This document shows positions 25,300 through 33,580 of a stretch of 33,580 nucleotides of DNA, in pieces. Numbering within the stretch: the stretch's first letter is position 1; each line of letters starts with the position of its first letter. The notes under the pieces were generated by a model. That model had not been told where the DNA came from. It did not search any database and saw only the letters and a program-made list of their open reading frames with translations. The position numbers and the translations under genes are program-made. Origin of the DNA: a virus; the IMG/VR virus record IMGVR_UViG_2529293244_000002, one strand, 5' to 3'.

Positions 25300-25378
25300 G
25301 CCCAAATTTTCTAAAACCTGAACTGATTTCGAATCACCCTTGAGCGCCGGGTAAGTGCGCCGATTTTTCATACTCACC

Positions 25379-26032
25379 ATGGTCACAAGACTCACGGGTG
25401 CCGTCCTTGAGGTCGAAGCGAACCTTGACGGCCAGCAATGCACTGGAATATTCCATCTGTCAAAAGACTATAACGTCGTCGGCGATATCGTCCGCCAATA
25501 TCTCATTGGGCCAACGGGCGAACTCGGTGCGCGACTCATTGACGTCCTCGAAGGCGATTCCGATGAGAGTGTCCTCGGTGACTCAACAAGAAATCGCCAG
25601 GGCTTCGTCATTGACGCTGGCGGGGGAACGCGCTCGTACGAGATCACCGCGTCACTGTCGGAGACGCCGTTCGGTGAACACGGCTACCTCCAGATGGGCG
25701 ACACTGGTGACGAAACCAATCTGACTGCGACTGACGCGACTGGCGCCGATGCTCGTACGCAAGCGGATGTGTTCTCGCGGTTCGTTTCTGAGGCAACAAC
25801 AGACTCGATCAATAGCGCTACGCTCCACATTGGACACTATCACGACGGTACGTACACACTCGATGGCCAGCCAGGGCTCTTTGGCTCGCCTCGTGCAGTC
25901 CACATCCCTGAAGGACCACGAGTGACTGAGAGCGCTGAGGACGCGTCAGCGGTCGAGATTACGATAACGTGCAACGTGGTCGGGTCGTTCGACCGCGCAC
26001 TCGACATCGACGAACAGGTCCCATACCTATGA
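25379..26032 (+). CDS. Putative distal tail (Dit-like) or minor tail protein
   Basis: First tail gene after TMP and the insert; beta-rich; positional call. Confidence 0.45.
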   Translation: MVTRLTGAVLEVEANLDGQQCTGIFHLSKDYNVVGDIVRQYLIGPTGELGARLIDVLEGDSDESVLGDSTRNRQGFVIDAGGGTRSYEITASLSETPFGEHGYLQMGDTGDETNLTATDATGADARTQADVFSRFVSEATTDSINSATLHIGHYHDGTYTLDGQPGLFGSPRAVHIPEGPRVTESAEDASAVEITITCNVVGSFDRALDIDEQVPYL

Positions 26033-27159
26033 GACGGCGTTTGTACACACTCACGACGAGAGACAGCGTGACGCTGTCGCTGGGTCGCGATTCACAACGC
26101 AACACGGCGGCTCTGGCAACTCTGTCACAAGGGACGTCCGTCTCAAAGTCGGTTTCTCTTGAGCCAGGCGAGATTCCCTTTGAGTTCTTCCTCGCTGGCG
26201 AGAGAGCAGGCCGTCTCGCTGCATCGTTTTCAGAACTACTCAACTCCGACGAATATAGTGCAATTCCATTCTACGGCGTGGACGGACAGACTGCGTTCGA
26301 TGGCTACTACGTTCCCAAACGTGGGTCATCGCGGCCACTCGACGCACAAGTAAGCGGGCAAGTACATCGCGTCAACGCGACCCTCTCTGAGGCAGGGACT
26401 CGGCGGACACATCTCAAGGCCGTCACGATGGAGGTCTCAGACGCGAACAACGACCACGGCAACAACCTTACGTCTGAAATTGCCATCCCGTCAGCGGCTG
26501 ACACCTCACTCACGCGATGGCTCTCCGACGACGGGATGACGACGGTGGCCACGCCAACCACGACACGGACGACGCAGTTCGGCGCCGTAGATATATACAA
26601 CACTGCCGCGGCCCCGACGGCGACGAGCACGCTCATCTATGGCTTGCCGTACACAGAAACGGGGAAAACCGACTGCCGGGTGTGGGACGACCGAGGGGTT
26701 TCGAAACTCGACGCTAACGACAACGTACAGTGGCAACGCGTCTTTGCGACCGCCCACGAGTTTGTCGGCAGGATCGTCGTCGAAAACGGTCTCGTCAGAT
26801 TGACGATGGATGACCGCACTCAAACTCTCACAGCGGAGACGTGGGACGACGTGAACCAGACGTGGTCGAACGTGTCGCTCGGTACCTCGGACTGGGTGCT
26901 CGTAGACGTTGATCTGGTCCATCTCGGTCCAGTGGCTGTCGAGGCGCAACTCTTGTTCGAAGATCCGACCGGGGGTCAGCACGCCCAAGACATGCGACTC
27001 ACCAGAGGTTCGACTGCCGTACTGTTCGAAAATCCGATGAACGAGACGGACGCAACGCCAGTCGGGTTGCAGGACTTACTCGAGCCGGTTGCCTCGACGA
27101 GCGCCCAGTCAGCTAACGAGTCGCTCGACCTCGTTGACCGCAAGGTGGTGCGGAAATAG
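26029..27159 (+). CDS. Minor tail/baseplate protein
   Basis: 376 aa from ATG 26029 (ATGA coupling), T/S-rich beta protein in the tail-tip module. Confidence 0.55.
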   Translation: MRRRLYTLTTRDSVTLSLGRDSQRNTAALATLSQGTSVSKSVSLEPGEIPFEFFLAGERAGRLAASFSELLNSDEYSAIPFYGVDGQTAFDGYYVPKRGSSRPLDAQVSGQVHRVNATLSEAGTRRTHLKAVTMEVSDANNDHGNNLTSEIAIPSAADTSLTRWLSDDGMTTVATPTTTRTTQFGAVDIYNTAAAPTATSTLIYGLPYTETGKTDCRVWDDRGVSKLDANDNVQWQRVFATAHEFVGRIVVENGLVRLTMDDRTQTLTAETWDDVNQTWSNVSLGTSDWVLVDVDLVHLGPVAVEAQLLFEDPTGGQHAQDMRLTRGSTAVLFENPMNETDATPVGLQDLLEPVASTSAQSANESLDLVDRKVVRK

Positions 27160-30100
27160 ATGGTCGTCTTTGAGGACTTCGAGGACGTCACTGACTGGTC
27201 GTCGGTTACGAGAGACGCTTCACATGCCGTCGTCGGAAGTTATGCGGGAAAACTGGTCCACGAGGGCCAAGCAACCACAACCGACTCACGGACTATCCCA
27301 ACACCACGGTCAAGTATTGCGTTCTACTGTGGTGCGAACCCCAATTCTGCTGGGTCGCAAAACCCAGGGATGGCAGAGATCCGATTTTCGAATAACGCTG
27401 TCGAACTAGAAGAGGGCCAACCTGTCATCCTGTCTGTCGGCGGGAACAAGCACACGCTTGCTCCATCGTTTGTCGAAGGAGAGATGTACAAATTCCGGGC
27501 CGAACAGCGCGACAACGGCAATACAGACATTTACTGGGATGGATCACTCGTTGTCTCTGATATCAACATCAGCGACGAAATTGGCAAACTCGAACTCTAC
27601 GGGTACGCCGGTAACAACTCGGCGGCGACGACAACGGTATGGGTGGACCATGTTGAACTGCCACCGCTCCCACCAGGGAACCCGTCGGCAACAGCCCAAA
27701 GCACCGACCAGATAGACATCACGTATGAGTCTGTCACATCGGACGGCACGCCAACATATGACCTCTATCGGGCGACGTCATCGGGAACAACACTGGCGGA
27801 CTATACGACGGCTCTGAGCGGGACGACAACGACGTTTACTGATACGGGGCGGACGGAATCAACGCGGTACCACTATCGACTGACTGCGACCGACGATTCT
27901 GGACTCCGGTCACGCCCATCGGTCGAGGTTGACGAAGCGACTGTCGTCCCCGCGCCATCAGATCTCAACACCACGCCGGGAACACGAGAACTCGCCAACA
28001 CCTGGACAAACAACGCGTCCAATGCAGACGGCTTTCGTGTCCGTGTCTCGACCGATGACGGCTCGACGTGGACGCAAGTCGGTGAGGACCTCCCTCCCGA
28101 TACGACAAACTACACCGCGACTGATCTTCTTGACGGCACTGACTACCTCATTGAAGTTGTCGCGTTCGGTGACGGCCGCGAATCGACTCCAGTAAGTGCG
28201 AGCGAAACGACGGAGTTCGCGGTTATCACAGGACTCAACGCAGACGCCTCGGTCGAGGACGCTCTCACAGCACTTTGGGATGATACCGCAAACGTTGGAG
28301 AGTACCGCGTCCAACACCGCGTCACGAACTCGGGTGACCAATTTACTGACGACGGGACGGTCAGTCACAAGACGACACAACTCACAATTACACACTTACT
28401 GGACGGCGAGGAATACGACATCAGACTTAGGCACGAGACAGACGATGGGACGGGGTCGTGGACTGAAATTTCACCAGTCACGCTCTTGCCGACGCCAGGA
28501 GCGTCGGTCGTGTCAGTTTCGAAGACGAGCGTCGATATCGATATCAGCGACAACGCCGACAACGAAGACAACTACACCATCGAACGGGCTGAAAAGCGTC
28601 TCGGGCAGTTCTCCAACTACCAGTACCTCTCGACGGAATCTGCCGGTCTGGCGATCTTCACTGACGAGACTCCGCGGCCGGGAACGGAGTACCGCTATCG
28701 TATTTCTGCAGTCACCGAGCATGTCACCGCTTCGACAACAGTGGAGACAGCAACCACGGCAACGGCATTTCCCGACCGCGTTCCACAACGGGGCTGGTAC
28801 GTCGAAATTGACCACCCAAGCGGGGCGACTCTCCGACCGCGAATCATCGAACAGGGGTCAGTTCAACCGCGCCGTCTTCCGACGCTTAATGGACTTCCAC
28901 GAGTCGAGATTCCCGTCCCACGAGATGGAAAATGGGACGCAAAGCAACTCGAACTCGCGCCATGCCGTGTCTGGAAGGATGGCATCCGCCAACCCATCGA
29001 AGAGATGACGAAGCCTCGGCAGACGCCCGAGGCGACTATCCTTACCGCACGAGGTGGGCGCGAACTCCTCGACCGCGTCGAAGAGAGCGTCACCGAGCAG
29101 GAGGCACACAACTTCATCGAGGGGCTCATCGACACGACTGGTCTTCAGGCCAACGTCGATGCACCTGATGCGGATATCACGACCGACACGCCGATGCTGT
29201 CGGCTGATACCGACCAGGATATAATATCTGCTCTCATGGGTGCACCGTTCGAGGATACAAGCCCGCTCGACATCTCATCTGGGACGCTCCGGACCCACGA
29301 TGTTGCGTACTTTCGGTCAGCCCCGGACTTCGATAGGCTCCTTGGGTCGTCGAGTAACCATGCGGTCATCGAGTCGGGTATCTTCGGGAGTGGGGAAGCA
29401 ATTCGAATCGACTCGATTGGTAACCAGTTCTACTATGACTTCGACGTTGAATACGAGCTCTCGAACGCCGTCGTAGCCGTCCGAGTCTTCATCCCGGATG
29501 AGACGCACTCTGGCTTCGATATCGCACTCGATGGAACTGTTATCCAGACTGTTAACCCCGATACGCCCCCGACGCCGCTCGGGGAGGTCTGGTGGATCGA
29601 TGACGAAGTCGTCGGGTCTGTCTCTCCTGGTTCGCACACACTTTCAGTCTATTTCAACGACGGGTCGTCCGGGGATGGGTCGCTGTCATTCGGGAGTGTT
29701 GCTCTTTTCGACGAGTCGTATACGACGGTTGCGAACGAGTCGTTCAACGACGGGCGGCCACTTTCGACACCGCATCGAAAACCACCAAGTATCGACGTTG
29801 AGACGAACGACGTCACAACGGTCAAGCAGGTTGTCGGTGGCCGGCTTGAGGCGAGCGTCAACTCGACAGCACGGAATCAAGCGCTCGCCGTCTCGAACGA
29901 CCAAGGCCAGAATTGGGTCGAGGCATCGAATGGAACCGTTGTTGATGGGGCGTTCGACAGTGGCTCGCCACGGCTTCGTGGTCGCTTCACCCTCTCGTCG
30001 TTCGATTCAGGAAGTGGCGACCTCGCGTACGATGCGGGAACCGAAGTCGATCTCTTCGACTTGTTTGCGGACCTCGACGATACACCGCTCATCGTCAATC

Positions 30101-30891
30101 GTGTATTCGACGAAGGCAGGATGATCGACGTCTTCAACGAAGTCGCCGAACGCGGAGACTTCATCTGGTGTGTGACGACCGACCAGCACGGAACGCTCTC
30201 GGTTGAGTGGACACAACCCGGCCAACGCGAGGCATCAGGTGACCCAACTGTCGTCGATTACTCTGTCGAGACCGATGCAGGACAAATCACCGAGAAAGCC
30301 GTCGTCTATGGTACCAGTCAGCCTGTACGTGGTGAAGAAATCACTGCAGATGTTGGTGTCGCAGTCTCACTTCCAGACGACCACCTGCAATCGACCGGTG
30401 AGATTGTTCGGGCAACCGATGGCACGCGGTATGAGCGTGGGAGTGACTACGAGTTCGACCCGCTCGAAGGGACTGTAACCGTCCGTGCTGGTGGCGATAT
30501 CGACAACGGTGACACGTTGGTCGTCGATTACCAAGCGAGGACACGCGGGACGTACGAACTCCCGAGCTTCGACGGCGACGAAACAAAGACTGTCGTTGAG
30601 ACGATTCCGGGAGTTACCACGGGGCGGTCGGCTGATCAAGCGGCGCTCACGATTGTCCAGCAGACTTCAACGCCGCTGAAGACAGCAACCATCACTATTG
30701 ACCGCTTCGATGCGGGTTGGGACCTCGTTGACCAGCTCTCGATTCCCGGCGTTCCCGGGCCGGCAATGGAGCCGTGGTCGATCACTGACGAAAACGGCCA
30801 AATTAAGACACAACTCGGGAGCCGTGACCGCGTCGAAGAAGTCGTCTCGCGGCTTAAGACACGATTATCGGCCGTTACACGCGAAATCTGA
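27160..30891 (+). CDS. Large tail-tip protein: lectin-like N-domain, four FN3 repeats, baseplate hub-like C-terminal part
   Basis: Four FN3-like units at about 27661-28765 with L..GT.Y.YR/Y.I motifs; C-terminal TEKAVVYG and TATITI hub-like segments. Confidence 0.75.
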   Translation: MVVFEDFEDVTDWSSVTRDASHAVVGSYAGKLVHEGQATTTDSRTIPTPRSSIAFYCGANPNSAGSQNPGMAEIRFSNNAVELEEGQPVILSVGGNKHTLAPSFVEGEMYKFRAEQRDNGNTDIYWDGSLVVSDINISDEIGKLELYGYAGNNSAATTTVWVDHVELPPLPPGNPSATAQSTDQIDITYESVTSDGTPTYDLYRATSSGTTLADYTTALSGTTTTFTDTGRTESTRYHYRLTATDDSGLRSRPSVEVDEATVVPAPSDLNTTPGTRELANTWTNNASNADGFRVRVSTDDGSTWTQVGEDLPPDTTNYTATDLLDGTDYLIEVVAFGDGRESTPVSASETTEFAVITGLNADASVEDALTALWDDTANVGEYRVQHRVTNSGDQFTDDGTVSHKTTQLTITHLLDGEEYDIRLRHETDDGTGSWTEISPVTLLPTPGASVVSVSKTSVDIDISDNADNEDNYTIERAEKRLGQFSNYQYLSTESAGLAIFTDETPRPGTEYRYRISAVTEHVTASTTVETATTATAFPDRVPQRGWYVEIDHPSGATLRPRIIEQGSVQPRRLPTLNGLPRVEIPVPRDGKWDAKQLELAPCRVWKDGIRQPIEEMTKPRQTPEATILTARGGRELLDRVEESVTEQEAHNFIEGLIDTTGLQANVDAPDADITTDTPMLSADTDQDIISALMGAPFEDTSPLDISSGTLRTHDVAYFRSAPDFDRLLGSSSNHAVIESGIFGSGEAIRIDSIGNQFYYDFDVEYELSNAVVAVRVFIPDETHSGFDIALDGTVIQTVNPDTPPTPLGEVWWIDDEVVGSVSPGSHTLSVYFNDGSSGDGSLSFGSVALFDESYTTVANESFNDGRPLSTPHRKPPSIDVETNDVTTVKQVVGGRLEASVNSTARNQALAVSNDQGQNWVEASNGTVVDGAFDSGSPRLRGRFTLSSFDSGSGDLAYDAGTEVDLFDLFADLDDTPLIVNRVFDEGRMIDVFNEVAERGDFIWCVTTDQHGTLSVEWTQPGQREASGDPTVVDYSVETDAGQITEKAVVYGTSQPVRGEEITADVGVAVSLPDDHLQSTGEIVRATDGTRYERGSDYEFDPLEGTVTVRAGGDIDNGDTLVVDYQARTRGTYELPSFDGDETKTVVETIPGVTTGRSADQAALTIVQQTSTPLKTATITIDRFDAGWDLVDQLSIPGVPGPAMEPWSITDENGQIKTQLGSRDRVEEVVSRLKTRLSAVTREI

Positions 30892-31041
30892 AGGCGGCGT
30901 GCAAGAGAGAAAGAACGCACGCCGGGGTGCCTACCCAAGGCGACCAGGATTTTCGAGAGTGCGCTTTAGTGTTTATCGAACCCCAGGCGATGACCCGCAC
31001 CGGCACTCCGACGGCGTGGCGAGCATGACCGGAGTCTAACG

Positions 31042-31452
31042 ATGAGTGAAAATCAAACGTCCATTGCACCGCTGAGCAACGGCGATATCCCGCTCTCGAC
31101 AATAGTGCGGACAATGGCCGACGACGTCGAGATTGTATCGAACACGAACGAACTGCAGCAACACGCGCCAACGGAGGGGCGTGTCGCGGAGGTTTCACAA
31201 GGTGGACTCGTGGACGACCAGCGAATCTATCTCGGTGATGGAAACCAGTGGAACCTCGTTGACGAAGCGATCGGTGTGTCACTCCCGTCGACCACCGTCA
31301 ACGGCGTGGTACAGCTCGGAAAGTTCGCCACGAAAGGTGACCTCCCTGACGAATCGACACTCGACTCGTATCCCGCGACCGCGTTCGTCGAGGATGAAGG
31401 TCGATGGGTGTGGTTCGACGGCGAAGCGCCGCTCTACACAGGAGGTAACTAA
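31042..31452 (+). CDS. Small tail-associated protein
   Basis: QRIYLGDGNQWNLV and RWVWFDG beta-hairpins like fibre shaft elements; position. Confidence 0.55.
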   Translation: MSENQTSIAPLSNGDIPLSTIVRTMADDVEIVSNTNELQQHAPTEGRVAEVSQGGLVDDQRIYLGDGNQWNLVDEAIGVSLPSTTVNGVVQLGKFATKGDLPDESTLDSYPATAFVEDEGRWVWFDGEAPLYTGGN

Positions 31453-31515
31453 GATGGAGACAATGACGATCGACAGCGAGGCGAACAGCGCTCCGACGAC
31501 GGAGGGTGATAACTA

Positions 31516-32160
31516 ATGCTACAACCCACAGCGAACCGGAAGGACGTTCTGAAAAATTCGGGTGTTCAGGGATTCAACCACTTCTTAGCGGCGCCCATCA
31601 CGCTTCCCGAAGACTTAGAGGCAACATCCTCTGGGAACGCTGGCGTGTCGCCACAGGGTAACCGCGGGATGCTTGTCTCCGGGGGGCAGACTGCGGGTGA
31701 CAAAGCCTATGTCTCGTCTTGGGACACCGTCTACGGTCGGACAAACGCCGTAATAAAGGGCGAAATCTCGTTCATGTACCAGAATACGAGCACAGCGCCC
31801 GCTGACGCAAACCAGTATTATGTCGGATTGACCAACTCAGCAGACCCGACATCCGGTGTCGTCTTTGATCTCACGAACGGGTCGTTGATCATTAACGGAG
31901 CAACAAAAGACATCTCTGTCTTTGACGAGACGGACGTAAGCGCCGCTCGTGAGACGATTACTGTCGAATTTGTTGTAGACAGTATCCAAAATGAGACGAA
32001 GATAAAAGTCCATCGTGCGGACCTCTCAGAAGAGTTTGTTGCGAATGGGATTCCAGTCACACGTAGTACACTGGTCTACGCCGAATCGTTAGGGAACCCC
32101 GACTTAGAACTGAAAATCGAAAACATTCGATTAGCGTTCGAAACGGAGAGTGACTACTGA
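31516..32160 (+). CDS. Putative receptor-binding/lectin-fold tail protein
   Basis: 214-aa beta-sandwich-like sequence at the end of the tail module; TAATG coupling. Confidence 0.5.
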   Translation: MLQPTANRKDVLKNSGVQGFNHFLAAPITLPEDLEATSSGNAGVSPQGNRGMLVSGGQTAGDKAYVSSWDTVYGRTNAVIKGEISFMYQNTSTAPADANQYYVGLTNSADPTSGVVFDLTNGSLIINGATKDISVFDETDVSAARETITVEFVVDSIQNETKIKVHRADLSEEFVANGIPVTRSTLVYAESLGNPDLELKIENIRLAFETESDY

Positions 32161-32426
32161 TGATGGAAATCAAACTCCTCCCCGACGGGTTGTCGTCGTT
32201 GCCCCGCGAGGCGAGAGACCACAACGCGCTGTCAGTCTACTTAGACGGGTCGATCCCGGACTGGGATACGGTCGAGCGAGTCGTTAGCGGTACGGGATTG
32301 TTGAAACTCCGAGTCCCTGACAACATGAGCCAAGCAGACCGCGACACCGTCGTCGCGACGCTCACATCGAATATCAGCGGTATCAAAGCCCATCCAGACG
32401 GGTGGGACACAGTCGAAGAGCTTTGA
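32160..32426 (+). CDS. Small hypothetical protein, last gene of the late operon
   Basis: 88 aa; TGATG coupling. Confidence 0.6.
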   Translation: MMEIKLLPDGLSSLPREARDHNALSVYLDGSIPDWDTVERVVSGTGLLKLRVPDNMSQADRDTVVATLTSNISGIKAHPDGWDTVEEL

Positions 32427-32642
32427 GTTCTCTATCGGTAGTTCTGTTTCTTAGTCTGCAGTAAGCGGCTGTCGCAGCACCAACAGGCGTGAAAGAAACG
32501 AAATTTAAAGTCGTTTGTGCCCTCGGGCTGGGACCCGAGTCGGCACATTGTGCGTGAGTTCTGATAGTCTCTTCTTGTACAGCAATTCGCCGTCAGAGAG
32601 GTCGACAAACTATTGTCACTTGATTACTGATTTCCACATATT

Positions 32643-33008
32643 GTGGATATCTGGGACTGGTGGAAGAGCTCGTGGTTCGGTACGACAACTAAGAACTCAT
32701 TGCCCCCGACAGCGGTGGACGCATCCCGTACGGTAGTTGGTGGTGTATTTGGTGGGGCTACATTTCATATATTGTGGAACACAAATCCGCTAGTCCTACC
32801 ACCACTCACTGTACCTGGAGTAGTAGTCTTCCTGCTACGGGTTCTGATAAGCGTGGGTCTTGTGGTGTTTGCAGTTACGTTAACAGCCTTCCTGTTCAAA
32901 CAATTTGACCATGCTGAACAGACGTATGCTCACAAGTCTGTTGGGCGACAGCAATCGAAGCAAGAATCGAAACAGCGGATTCCTCCTCCGGCGCGGCGTC
33001 GTCGATGA
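32643..33008 (+). CDS. AT-rich two-TM membrane protein with basic C-terminus
   Basis: Two hydrophobic segments; ends PPPARRRR; GTG start. Confidence 0.55.
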   Translation: MDIWDWWKSSWFGTTTKNSLPPTAVDASRTVVGGVFGGATFHILWNTNPLVLPPLTVPGVVVFLLRVLISVGLVVFAVTLTAFLFKQFDHAEQTYAHKSVGRQQSKQESKQRIPPPARRRR

Positions 33009-33049
33009 GTAGAAGGTCTTAGTTGAGCAGCCACGCTGCACGGCTTTAA

Positions 33050-33580
33050 TTAGAGTGCCAGTGCAGCTAATTGGAAGGCAACAGAAAGAAACAGTGCAAT
33101 CGCACCATATGTCATCCATCTACTAACATGGTTCTGTATAAAAGCTTGAGCAGTATGCTCAATCGCCGAAACTGGCGCAAACCATTGCCAATCGCTCCCA
33201 CGAGAGTCGGTATTAAATTTCACGAAACCAAGATTTTCGGTTTTCTTTGGTTCTCCTTGTGGACCGTCACTGTCCTCGTCAAAACACAGTAAAATCCATT
33301 CGCTGAAATTCCTCGGTTTAGTCAGTATCCGAATTTCTTCAATAACAGAGGCTACGCCTTCGGATTCGAGTTTTTGAGAGTCCACAGCCGGATGGTCGGA
33401 AATACTCTCGACGAATGAATCGTCGCCGATAGGGTGGTTACTAGCAAATTCTACGACAGCATCAAATCCGTCGTCCTCGTGATTCAGCTGCCTTCTAACA
33501 AGGAGAGAAAACCAGCCGTCTTCAAATTCTGCCGGTCGCGCAACGCATTTTAGGTACGGAAGGCGGGGTAATGCGAACAT
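33050..33580 (-). CDS. AT-rich protein with a C-terminal TM anchor (may extend beyond the window)
   Basis: 176 aa to the window edge; hydrophobic C-terminus YGAIALFLSVAFQLAALAL. Confidence 0.55.
   Translation of the reverse strand: MFALPRLPYLKCVARPAEFEDGWFSLLVRRQLNHEDDGFDAVVEFASNHPIGDDSFVESISDHPAVDSQKLESEGVASVIEEIRILTKPRNFSEWILLCFDEDSDGPQGEPKKTENLGFVKFNTDSRGSDWQWFAPVSAIEHTAQAFIQNHVSRWMTYGAIALFLSVAFQLAALAL

Larger units (their letters stand above)
1..32426. mobile_element. Haloarchaeal head-tailed virus/provirus (siphovirus-like); boundaries approximate
   Basis: Colinear TerL, portal, protease, MCP, neck, tail tube, chaperone, TMP and tail-tip genes on the + strand, preceded by a repressor switch and early operon. 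No att sites or integrase seen, so ends are uncertain. Confidence 0.93.

Noticed and set aside
1-33580. CRISPR array, DGR/reverse transcriptase, invertible tail-fibre cassette, IS transposase, tRNA/rRNA genes
   Set aside because: No regularly spaced repeats, RT or recombinase motifs, duplicated fibre C-termini, transposase ORFs or RNA gene structures were seen.

Overview
The window is an apparently near-complete head-tailed (Caudoviricetes, siphovirus-like) virus or provirus of a halophilic archaeon. This rests on acidic proteins, a high-GC core, TATA/BRE-type promoters and GGAGGTGA-type SD sites. Left arm: Orc1/Cdc6, an iteron-like repeat cluster, a divergent PhiH1-like repressor/PadR switch with a palindromic operator, an adenine-MTase-like gene and an early operon containing a palindrome cluster and a double ribbon-helix-helix protein. 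From about 10.6 kb a late operon runs TerS - MuF-like - TerL - portal (two Zn-ribbon insertions) - prohead protease - scaffold - HK97-fold MCP - neck genes - tail tube - tail assembly chaperone - short tape measure - distal tail genes - a 1243-aa FN3-repeat/hub protein - small tail-end proteins. Signals not in the ORF track: a canonical -1 ribosomal frameshift cassette (G GGA AAC plus hairpin) giving a gpGT-like chaperone; a repeated DQK motif in the scaffold that looks like a maturation-protease cleavage code; a start-less HNH remnant; and a 52-aa antitoxin gene completing a RelBE module inserted inside the tail operon. No integrase, att site, helicase, polymerase or recognisable lysis gene is visible. 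All protein calls come from motifs, recalled family resemblance and gene order, not from database searches.
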